A stretch of DNA of 31,837 nucleotides from Armatimonadota bacterium (lineage in GTDB: Bacteria > Armatimonadota > SYMT01). The translations under genes were made by a program, and so were the position numbers. A model generated the notes under the pieces. It saw only the letters and a list, made by a program, of their open reading frames with translations, ran no database searches and was not told the DNA's origin. Where the stretch lies: positions 213,350-245,186 of the forward strand of contig JBKBRF010000005.1 in the NCBI GenBank assembly GCA_046292385.1, in the 5' to 3' direction. How positions within the stretch are numbered: position 1 is the stretch's first letter; every line of letters starts with the position of its first letter. This document shows positions 1-7,569 of this stretch, one piece after another.

Positions 1-95
1 CCTTCTCACTCCCTCTCTCGGGGGGCGGGGCTGCGGGGGCGCGCCGGCGCGCCTGCGGAGGAGGTGTGCGGCCTCCATCCTGCGCGTCCGCACTG

Positions 96-104
96 TGGTA
101 GAAT
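96..104 (+). promoter_or_regulatory. extended -10 promoter element (TGnTAGAAT) upstream of the ychF-like gene
   Basis: TGGTAGAAT at 96-104, about 60 nt before the start codon; no clear -35. Confidence 0.5.
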
Positions 105-167
105 GGCGCGGCCCATTTTCGTCGACGCCTCGAGATTGGTCGAACCGCCGGGCCGCGAGTGAGCACC

Positions 168-1250
168 ATGAAAGTAGCAATCGTAGGACTGGAGCAATCG
201 GGAAAGACCACGCTATTCGGCGCGCTGACGCGTCAGCCGGTGGAAGTGGGGATGGGAGGCTACGGCGAGGAGAGCCGCATCGCGGTGGTCGAGGTGCCGG
301 ACCCGCGCGTCGACACGCTGATCGAGCTGTTCAACCCGCGCAAGCAGACCCGCGCGACGGTCGAGTTCGTGGAGGGCGGCGGGGGCGCTCCCGGCGCGGG
401 CCGGTTCGGCTCCCAGTTCCTGCAGGAGATCCGCCGCTCCGACGCGCTCGTGGTGGTGGTCCGCGCCTTCCGCAACGCGGCGGTGCCGGAGCCGGAGGGC
501 GGGCTCGACCCGCTGCGCGACTACCGCAACCTGGAAGCCGAGCTGATCCTGGCGGACCTGGGGCTGGTGGAGAAGCGGCTGGAGCGCATGGCGAAGGAAG
601 ACCGCTCCAAGCCGAAGAGCGCGCAGGGAGGCGTGGAGAAGGAGACGATCCTGAGGATCCAGGAGCACCTGGAGAAGGAGCTCCCCCTCTCCTCGCTGGA
701 GCTGAGCGACCAGGACGAGGAAGCGATCCGGCACCTGGAGTTCGTCTCCCGCAAGCCGCGCGTGGTGGTGGCGAACATCGGCGAAGACGACCTGGGCGGC
801 GAGAACCCGCTGCTGGCGGAGCTGAAAGGCTGGGCGGAGCGCTCGCAGACCCCGGTGCTGGAGATTGCGGCGGCGGTCGAGATGGAAGTGGCGCAGCTTA
901 GCCCGGAAGAGGAGAGCACCTTCCTGGAGGCGCTGGGCGTGACGGAGAGCGGTCGCGACCGCCTGATCCGCACGGTCTACGACCTCCTCGGGCTGCAGAG
1001 CTTCTTCACCGTCGGGGAGGACGAGGTGCGGGCCTGGACGATCCGCCGGGGAGACAACGCCGTGACGGCCGCCGGCAAGATCCACTCGGACCTGGCGCGC
1101 GGCTTCATCCGGGCGGAGGTCACCTCCTACGAGGACCTGGTCCAGTCGGGAGGAACCAAGCAGGCGAAGGAACAGGGACTCGTCCGCCTGGAGAATAAAC
1201 CTTACATCGTAAAGGACGGGGACATTCTGAACATCCGCTTCTCCGTATAG
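168..1250 (+). CDS. ychF: YchF/Obg-family ATPase with C-terminal TGS domain, divergent G motifs
   Basis: P-loop GLEQSGKTTLF, VPDPR, and YchF C-terminal signature FFTVGEDEVRAW...AAGKIHSDLARGFIRAE...YIVKDGDILNIRF. In-frame GTG at 159 is an alternative start. Confidence 0.88.
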   Translation: MKVAIVGLEQSGKTTLFGALTRQPVEVGMGGYGEESRIAVVEVPDPRVDTLIELFNPRKQTRATVEFVEGGGGAPGAGRFGSQFLQEIRRSDALVVVVRAFRNAAVPEPEGGLDPLRDYRNLEAELILADLGLVEKRLERMAKEDRSKPKSAQGGVEKETILRIQEHLEKELPLSSLELSDQDEEAIRHLEFVSRKPRVVVANIGEDDLGGENPLLAELKGWAERSQTPVLEIAAAVEMEVAQLSPEEESTFLEALGVTESGRDRLIRTVYDLLGLQSFFTVGEDEVRAWTIRRGDNAVTAAGKIHSDLARGFIRAEVTSYEDLVQSGGTKQAKEQGLVRLENKPYIVKDGDILNIRFSV

Positions 1251-1298
1251 GATTCCGAACGGGTCCTGCGGCATGCGGCGCTCACCCCGCGAAAGCCA

Positions 1299-1460
1299 AT
1301 GAACCTACGGACTCGGGCTCGGGAGCAGTGGCGCAAGCTGCTGCGGGCGCTGGGAGTGAACGTCTATCTCTGCCACGGCTGTAAATACAACAATGCGCGG
1401 GATTGCCGGCATCGCAAGCGACCTCGCGCCACCTTTTGCGAAGACTACCGGCCCCGATGA
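1299..1460 (+). CDS. 53-aa basic cysteine-cluster microprotein, putative metal-binding; absent from the ORF track
   Basis: Manual translation MNLRTRAREQWRKLLRALGVNVYLCHGCKYNNARDCRHRKRPRATFCEDYRPR*; C-x2-C-x7-C-x10-C; same strand as both neighbours. Confidence 0.65.
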   Translation: MNLRTRAREQWRKLLRALGVNVYLCHGCKYNNARDCRHRKRPRATFCEDYRPR

Positions 1461-1558
1461 CCGACAATTAGCGGCGGAGCGTTTGTGGCTCGGACTCACC
1501 GGGAAGAGGCAGCCTGGGGCCGCCGCGGAACGGACCGGTCCGGCGGTGTCGACATCCG

Positions 1559-2557
1559 ATGCGTGATCCGTTGTTCTATCTCTGCGCCGCGGCCCTGGGA
1601 GCGACCCTCTCGGCGTGGCTGGCGTGGCTCTTCACTCCCCGGATTCGGGAGCTGGCGCTCCGGTGCGGCGCCGCGCCCGCTCCCCGGGCGCGAGACGTGC
1701 ACCGGGAGCCGATCCCCCGCTGGGGCGGCCTGGCGATCTACGCCGCGTTCTGCCTCTCGCTGGGGGTCGGCAGCCTGGTCGTCCAGTATGGATTCGGCCG
1801 GCCGATCACGGAAGCGACCCTGTGGCCCGGAATCGGGTTGGTGCTCGCCGGCGGTGTGCTGACGCTGATGGGCGCCGTCGACGACCGCTACGAGCTCTCC
1901 GCCGGCAAGCAGATCGTGGTGCAGCTGCTCTGCGCCCTCATCGTCATTCCATTCGGGGTGAAGATCTCATTCATCACTCACCCGCTCACCGGAGAGATGG
2001 TGAGCCTGGGATGGGTGGGCTACCCGCTGACGGTCCTCTGGCTCATCGCCGTGGCGAACGCGGTGAATTGGATCGACGGGATCGACGGTCTTGCCGCGGG
2101 TGTCAGTGCCATCGCCGCGTTCACCATGGCGCTCATGGCGGCCTGGAGCCGGCAGCCGGGTCTGACGATCCTGGCGGCGGCGCTCGGCGGCAGCCTGCTC
2201 GGCTTCCTGCGCTTCAACTTCAACCCGGCTAAGATCTTCATGGGCGGCGGCGCCCCGTTCGTCGGCTTCACCCTCGCCTGTATCTCCACGGTCGGCGCCT
2301 TCAAAGCTCCGGTGGCGGTCGCGATCTTCGCTCCGCTGCTGATCCTGGCACTCCCGATCTTCGACACGGCAAACGTGATCGTCCAGCGCTGGCGCGCCGG
2401 GCGCCCGATCTACCAGGCGGACAAGAGCCACCTCCACCACCGGCTCCTGGAGCGCGGCTTTACGCAGAAGCAGACCGTGCTGATCCTCTACGGCATCAGC
2501 ATCTGCCTCTGCGTCGTCGCCTTCGGCGCCTTCGTCGTCTTCAGCCGCGCGGGATAG
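1559..2557 (+). CDS. MraY-family glycosyltransferase (TagO/WecA-like undecaprenyl-phosphate GlcNAc-1-phosphate transferase)
   Basis: Multi-TM protein with PRWGGLAI, GAVDDR, NAVNWIDGIDGLA, FNFNPAKIFMG and ADKSHLHHRL motifs; directly upstream of wecB. Confidence 0.92.
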   Translation: MRDPLFYLCAAALGATLSAWLAWLFTPRIRELALRCGAAPAPRARDVHREPIPRWGGLAIYAAFCLSLGVGSLVVQYGFGRPITEATLWPGIGLVLAGGVLTLMGAVDDRYELSAGKQIVVQLLCALIVIPFGVKISFITHPLTGEMVSLGWVGYPLTVLWLIAVANAVNWIDGIDGLAAGVSAIAAFTMALMAAWSRQPGLTILAAALGGSLLGFLRFNFNPAKIFMGGGAPFVGFTLACISTVGAFKAPVAVAIFAPLLILALPIFDTANVIVQRWRAGRPIYQADKSHLHHRLLERGFTQKQTVLILYGISICLCVVAFGAFVVFSRAG

Positions 2558-2561
2558 TTGT

Positions 2562-2669
2562 AGGGTCTAGGGGATAGGGTTTAGGGGTTAGGGGGCTGCG
2601 GAGCGGCTGCCGCCGCCATCTGACTTCCCCTCCCCGGCCCCCTGCCCTAGACCCTATCCCCTAGACCCT
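2562..2669. repeat. 25-bp inverted repeat built from TAGGG-containing heptamers
   Basis: AGGGTCTAGGGGATAGGGTTTAGGG (2562-2586) pairs with CCCTAGACCCTATCCCCTAGACCCT (2645-2669) with one G-U type mismatch. Confidence 0.85.
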
Positions 2670-2675
2670 TCCAAC

Positions 2676-3803
2676 ATGACTACCATCGTTTCGATCGTGG
2701 GGACCCGGCCGGACGCGCTGAAGATGGCGCCGGTCATTCTGGAGCTGGCGCGCCATCCGGAGCGGGTGCGGCAGGTGGTGATCTCCACCGGCCAGCACCG
2801 CGAGATGCTGCAGCAGGTGCTCGACGTCTTCGGCATCACGCCGGACTACAACCTCGACGTCATGCAGCCGGGCCAGACCCTGGCGCAGATCACGAGCCGG
2901 GTGCTCGAGCGCCTCGACCCGATCCTCGCGGAGGTGAAGCCGGAGGTGCTGCTGGCGCAGGGCGACACCACCACCACCTTCGTGGCGAGCCTGGCGGCGT
3001 TCTACCGCCAGGTGCCGGTGGGACACGTGGAGGCGGGCCTCCGTACCGACAACCGGTACGACCCGTTCCCGGAGGAGATCAACCGGCGGCTCGCGGCCGT
3101 GCTCTCCGACCTCCACTTCGCACCGACGGAGCAGTCCGCCGCCAACCTCCGCGCGGAGGGGATCGAGCCCGCCGCCATCTTCCAGGTCGGCAATACGGTG
3201 ATCGACGCGCTCCTCGAAGCCGCGCGCCGCCCGTTCACGTTCGCGGACGCGGAGCTCGACCGCTTCACGGCGGAGGCCTCGCGGCTTATCGTCGTGACCG
3301 CCCACCGGCGGGAGAACTGGGGCGAGCCGCTGCGCCGCATCTGCACCGCCGTGCGGGAGCTGTCGCGGGGCTTCGGCGACCTGCGGATCGTCTTCCAGAT
3401 GCACAAGAACCCGGGCGTGCGCGACATCATCCGCGAGGAGCTGGGCGGCGCCGACCGCGTGCTGCTGGTGGAGCCGCAGGAGTACCTGCCCTGGATCAAC
3501 TTGATGAAGCGCTCCACCCTGATCCTGACCGACAGCGGCGGGATCCAGGAAGAGGCGCCCGCCCTGGGGAAGCCGGTCCTGGTGATGCGGGAGACCACGG
3601 AACGGCCGGAAGGCGTGGCGGCCGGCACGGCACGGCTGGTCGGCACCGACGTCTCCGGCATCGTCGCCGAGGCCACGCGGCTCCTCACGGACGGGGACGC
3701 CTACGAGACGATGTCGCGCGCCGTGAACCCCTACGGCGACGGTCAGGCGGCGGAGCGGATTGTCTCTATCTTGCTGGAGCGCTTCGGCGGCTCGGGCGGT
3801 TGA
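2676..3803 (+). CDS. wecB: UDP-N-acetylglucosamine 2-epimerase (non-hydrolysing)
   Basis: GTRP, TGQHREML, QGDTTT, HVEAGLRT, PFPEEINR, HRREN, TDSGGIQEEAP, TERPEG, NPYGDG motifs. Confidence 0.97.
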   Translation: MTTIVSIVGTRPDALKMAPVILELARHPERVRQVVISTGQHREMLQQVLDVFGITPDYNLDVMQPGQTLAQITSRVLERLDPILAEVKPEVLLAQGDTTTTFVASLAAFYRQVPVGHVEAGLRTDNRYDPFPEEINRRLAAVLSDLHFAPTEQSAANLRAEGIEPAAIFQVGNTVIDALLEAARRPFTFADAELDRFTAEASRLIVVTAHRRENWGEPLRRICTAVRELSRGFGDLRIVFQMHKNPGVRDIIREELGGADRVLLVEPQEYLPWINLMKRSTLILTDSGGIQEEAPALGKPVLVMRETTERPEGVAAGTARLVGTDVSGIVAEATRLLTDGDAYETMSRAVNPYGDGQAAERIVSILLERFGGSGG

Positions 3804-3852
3804 TGAAGGTTTACGACACAGCCGGGTAGCGGAGCGAGGCGATCCCGGTGCC

Positions 3853-3995
3853 GCGAGGCATTAAAATACCTCGCTAGCAGGCCTGCGGCCACGTGTCCTC
3901 CGGACGCCCAAACCACGCCTTCTCAGTCCGCGAAGGCGGTCCCCGTCCGGGGGATAAAACTTCGTGCCGTGGTTGCCGCGGTTTCAACCGCCCGG
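3853..3995. repeat. cluster of REP-like palindromes
   Basis: Hairpins GCGAGGCATTAAAATACCTCGC (3853-3874), AGTCCGC-GAAG-GCGG..ACT (3925-3961, interrupted) and GCGGTT-TC-AACCGC (3978-3991). Confidence 0.6.
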
Positions 3996-4157
3996 TGGCT
4001 GACGGGAGCCGATTTCGCGTCGTCGGCCCGGCCGCAGGGGGCGTCCAGGGGAGCGCTGCATTCGCCCATCTTCCCTCTCCTTGCTTGTCTCGCAGGAGTG
4101 CGGCCCAGTGGTAGTGAAACTCTCCAGGCGGCTATCTTGGCGCAGTGAGGCGCCGCC

Positions 4158-5399
4158 GTGCTCGGACATCCGGTGAGAGCAGAACAGACTTCCCGTAGAG
4201 ACCACTGGCCCGCCACCTGGTACATGCTGATCCTTCGGCTCGGCGTGCTGGTGCTGGCGGCGTACCTCCTGTATCGCGTGAGCGCCGTCGTGGTGATGGT
4301 GCTCGTCTCGTCGATGCTGGCGCTCACGCTGGCGCCCTGCGTGGAGGTCCTGCTGCGCCTGCCGCTGATGCGCCTGGTCCCCCACCCCCAGCGGCGCGGA
4401 GCGGCGGCGGCGATCGTCTTCGTGGGGATGGCGGCGGCGCTGGTGCTGGTGCTCGCCATGGTGCTCCGGCCGATGGCGACGGAGGTCCAGCTCTTCCTGG
4501 CGAACTGGAAGGCCCACCAGGCCCATTGGGAGCAGCTTGCGGAGGGCTGGCAGCGCTGGTACGCCGCGCAGGTCCCGGTTGAGGTCCGCGCCTGGCTCGA
4601 TACCGAGGGACGGAGCTGGCTGCAGGAGCATGGCGCGCGTGACCTCGGCGCCCAGGTGACCGAGCGGCTGCAGCACCTGGCGGCAGAGACGGTCGACTGG
4701 GGCATGATCGTCGTGGAGCTGATCCTGATCCCGGTGCTCGCCTTCTCCTTCCTCACGGAAGGTCGCCCGCTGCGGCGAGAGTTCCTGCTGCTGGTGCCGC
4801 GCGACCGCCTGCGCGACGGCGTGAACGTGATGCGCCTGAGCGGCGCCATCCTGCAGAGCTACGCGATCGGGCAGCTCATTCTGGCGCTGATCGCCGGGGT
4901 GGTGGTCTACGTGCTCCTGGTGGCGCTCGGCGTGCGCTATGCGCTGGCTCTCGGCGTTATCGCGGCGGTGACCCGCGTCATCCCGGTGATCGGTCCGATC
5001 CTCGGAGGCATCCCGATCGTGCTGATCGCGAGCCTCCAGGGGGTCCAGCAGGGGATCGCCGTCCTCCTCGCGTTCACCCTGATGCACCTGATCGAGAGTA
5101 AGGTGGTCATGCCGCGCCTGATCGGTCATAAAATCAACCTGCACCCGGCGCTCGTGATCATCGCCCTGCTGGTCGGAGCCGAGTTCTTCGGCATGTGGGG
5201 GATGTTCCTGGCGGCGCCGGTGGCCGCGCTGATCAAGGCGCTGCTCCACTACTTCTTCGTCCGGCCGCGGCGCTCTCCACGCCGCCCCGCCGCGGCCCCA
5301 CCGGCCGACCTACCGCTCGAGGACCCGCAACTTGGACATCCTGCAGTCAGTGGTGCTTGGACTCATCCAGGGGTTCACGGAGTTCATTCCGGTCAGTAG
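4158..5399 (+). CDS. AI-2E family transporter (PerM/TqsA-like)
   Basis: Hydrophobic profile with IPVIGPILG, IESKVVMPRLIG and LHPALVIIALLVGAEFFGMWGMFLAAPVAA motifs; GAGG before the GTG start. Confidence 0.92.
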   Translation: MLGHPVRAEQTSRRDHWPATWYMLILRLGVLVLAAYLLYRVSAVVVMVLVSSMLALTLAPCVEVLLRLPLMRLVPHPQRRGAAAAIVFVGMAAALVLVLAMVLRPMATEVQLFLANWKAHQAHWEQLAEGWQRWYAAQVPVEVRAWLDTEGRSWLQEHGARDLGAQVTERLQHLAAETVDWGMIVVELILIPVLAFSFLTEGRPLRREFLLLVPRDRLRDGVNVMRLSGAILQSYAIGQLILALIAGVVVYVLLVALGVRYALALGVIAAVTRVIPVIGPILGGIPIVLIASLQGVQQGIAVLLAFTLMHLIESKVVMPRLIGHKINLHPALVIIALLVGAEFFGMWGMFLAAPVAALIKALLHYFFVRPRRSPRRPAAAPPADLPLEDPQLGHPAVSGAWTHPGVHGVHSGQ

Positions 5400-6183
5400 C
5401 ACCGCTCACCTGATCCTCGCGCCGGAAATCTTCCCCATCGCGCAGCCTCGGGCGGAGATCCGCCACACCTACGACACCATCATCCAGATCGGCACGCTCA
5501 TCCCGGTGCTGATCTACTTCTGGCGCGAGTGGGCGGCGCTGCTGGCGGCCGCCGCGCGCATCGTCCGAAAGAAGAAGATCGGGGCCGACGCGGACGAGCG
5601 GATGCTCAAGTACCTGGTGCTGGGCAGCATTCCGGCGGCGGTGATCGGCTTCCTGGTGGAAGACTACGTGGAGCTGCTGGCGCAGCCGGAGAAGTTCCGC
5701 GGCGCCTACCTCTGCATCGGCGGCGCGCTGATCGTCGTCGGCCTCGTCATGTGGTGGGCGGAGTCGATCGGGAGGAAGAGCCGCACCATCGAGCACGTGC
5801 GGCTGCCGGACGCGTGGCTGGTCGGCGTCGCACAGGCGATGGCGCTCTTCCCGGGCGTCTCCCGCTCCGGCGCCACCATTACGGCGGGGCTCTTCGCCGG
5901 CTTCACGCGGGAGGCGGCGGCGCGGTTCAGCTTCCTGCTGATGACGCCGATCATGCTCGCGGCGACCGGCTACAAGACGCTCAAGCTGCTCACCGGAGAA
6001 GCGCAGCTCACCTCCGGCGAGTGGAGCAGCATCCTGCTGGCGACGGTGGTGGCGGCAATCTCCGGCTACGCGGCGATCGCCTTCCTCCTCGGCTACCTGC
6101 GCACCCGCTCACTCTCGGTCTTCGCAATCTACCGGATCGGGCTCGGCGCCTTCGCCATCGGGCTCTACTTCATGCAGCGTTAG
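5332..6183 (+). CDS. uppP: undecaprenyl-diphosphate phosphatase (BacA/UppP)
   Basis: LGLIQGFTEFIPVSSTAHL, Q..ALFPGVSRSGATI, REAAARFSFLL; TTG start preceded by GAGGA. Confidence 0.96.
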   Translation: MDILQSVVLGLIQGFTEFIPVSSTAHLILAPEIFPIAQPRAEIRHTYDTIIQIGTLIPVLIYFWREWAALLAAAARIVRKKKIGADADERMLKYLVLGSIPAAVIGFLVEDYVELLAQPEKFRGAYLCIGGALIVVGLVMWWAESIGRKSRTIEHVRLPDAWLVGVAQAMALFPGVSRSGATITAGLFAGFTREAAARFSFLLMTPIMLAATGYKTLKLLTGEAQLTSGEWSSILLATVVAAISGYAAIAFLLGYLRTRSLSVFAIYRIGLGAFAIGLYFMQR

Positions 6184-7297
6184 AGAGCAGGTCTCCCAGG
6201 ATCTCCAGCATGCGGCGGTTCGTCTCGCCGTCTTTCACCGCCAGCCGGATCGCGTAGTTGCCCAGCCGGTGGCTGATCGAGCCGGCGTTCCGCAGGAAGA
6301 GTCCCCGCTCCCGGCAGCGGCGCTCCACCTCCGCGCCGGTCAGCCCGCCTTCCGGCAGGTGGCAGAGCAGGAAGTTGGCGTCGCTCGGCATCACCTCGAG
6401 ACCCAGCCCCGCCAGATCCTCCGCCAGCGCCCCGCGCAGCGCGTGGGTCTCCGCATAGCGAGCGGCGTAGTAGTCCGGCGACTCCAGCGCCTTCACCGCG
6501 GCGATCTGGCCGATCAGGCTCACCGCCCACGGCGGGGTCTCCCGCCGCAGCGGGCGGAGGACGCGCTCCGGCGCGCAGAGATAGGCTGCGCGGGCGCCGC
6601 TGAGCGCGTAGACCTTCGACATCGACTTGCAGACGACCACGTTGTCTCGCGAGACGGCAAAACGCTCCAGCGACTGGTCCGCGCCCGCGTACTCCACGTA
6701 GGTCTCGTCCAGCCAGAACCGCGTCTCGGCCGGGGCGCCCGCCAGCACCGGCTCCAGCTCTTCCCGGCGCAGGTGGCGCCCGGTAGGGCTGTTCGGGTTC
6801 ACCAGCACCACCAGGTCGTACCGGCGGCGCAGCGCCTCCGCCAGGCGGTCCGGCGGCAGCGCGTAGCCTTCCGCGCGCTCCAGCGGGAGGCGGTCCGGTC
6901 GGCAGCCGATGACCCGCTCCAGCACGTGCGCGTACTCTCCGTAGGCTGGGTCCGGCAGCAGCACCCGGGAATCCGGCGTCAGCCAGTCCCGCAGCGCCAG
7001 GAAGATCAGGTCGGACGAGCCGCCGCCGGGGAGCACGCACTCCGGTGGAACGCCGCGCACGCGGGCGATGGTGCGGATCATCCCCTCGCAGCCGGTCGGC
7101 GGAGAGGTGCGGAGCGCCCACGCGAGGTGGTCCCGGAGCCCTTCTATAATCGCCGGCGCGGGCGGGAACCAGGCGTCCAGCACGTCCGCGTTGATGATCT
7201 CCGGCCGGTCTCCCAGCCGCTCGAACGCGTCACCTAGCGCGGCAAACGAGGCGCCGCCATGCAGGCACGCTTCCTCGGTGGATCGGTGTTGCGCCAC
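6170..7297 (-). CDS. PLP-dependent class I/II aminotransferase (HisC/CobD-like)
   Basis: N-terminal HGG, NPNSPTG, LDETY, PLP-lysine motif KSMSKVYALSGAR, ANFLL; substrate not assignable. Confidence 0.9.
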   Translation of the reverse strand: MAQHRSTEEACLHGGASFAALGDAFERLGDRPEIINADVLDAWFPPAPAIIEGLRDHLAWALRTSPPTGCEGMIRTIARVRGVPPECVLPGGGSSDLIFLALRDWLTPDSRVLLPDPAYGEYAHVLERVIGCRPDRLPLERAEGYALPPDRLAEALRRRYDLVVLVNPNSPTGRHLRREELEPVLAGAPAETRFWLDETYVEYAGADQSLERFAVSRDNVVVCKSMSKVYALSGARAAYLCAPERVLRPLRRETPPWAVSLIGQIAAVKALESPDYYAARYAETHALRGALAEDLAGLGLEVMPSDANFLLCHLPEGGLTGAEVERRCRERGLFLRNAGSISHRLGNYAIRLAVKDGETNRRMLEILGDLLSNAA

Positions 7298-7353
7298 TCG
7301 GTTCTCCCAGGTCTAACCCTCGAGCACTGCCCGGGTCATTGTACTCCGTGTTG

Positions 7354-7508
7354 CGTATTGCGTATCGCGTATAGCGTAGCGATGGGCCCGCTCCGCTTCA
7401 CCAGGACATCGTGCCGGGCGAAGTGCCTTCCAGCAGCGCCTCGCCCGGCACGACGTTACGGAACCGAGGTAGCGGCCGCCCGCTACGAAAAACGCGATAC
7501 GCAATACG
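7354..7508. repeat. ~155-bp nested inverted-repeat element, copy 1 (REPIN/MITE-like)
   Basis: Outer arms CGTATTGCGTATCGCGT..CGTAGCG (7354-7381) and 7481-7508; inner arms ACATCGTGCCGGGCGA (7406-7421) and TCGCCCGGCACGACGT (7441-7456); related copy at 16606-16740. Confidence 0.85.
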
Positions 7509-7569
7509 AGAGAAGGCCCGCGGCTTCGCATCGGAAACCGCGGGCCGTGAGGCTCGAGCAGCCCGGAGG

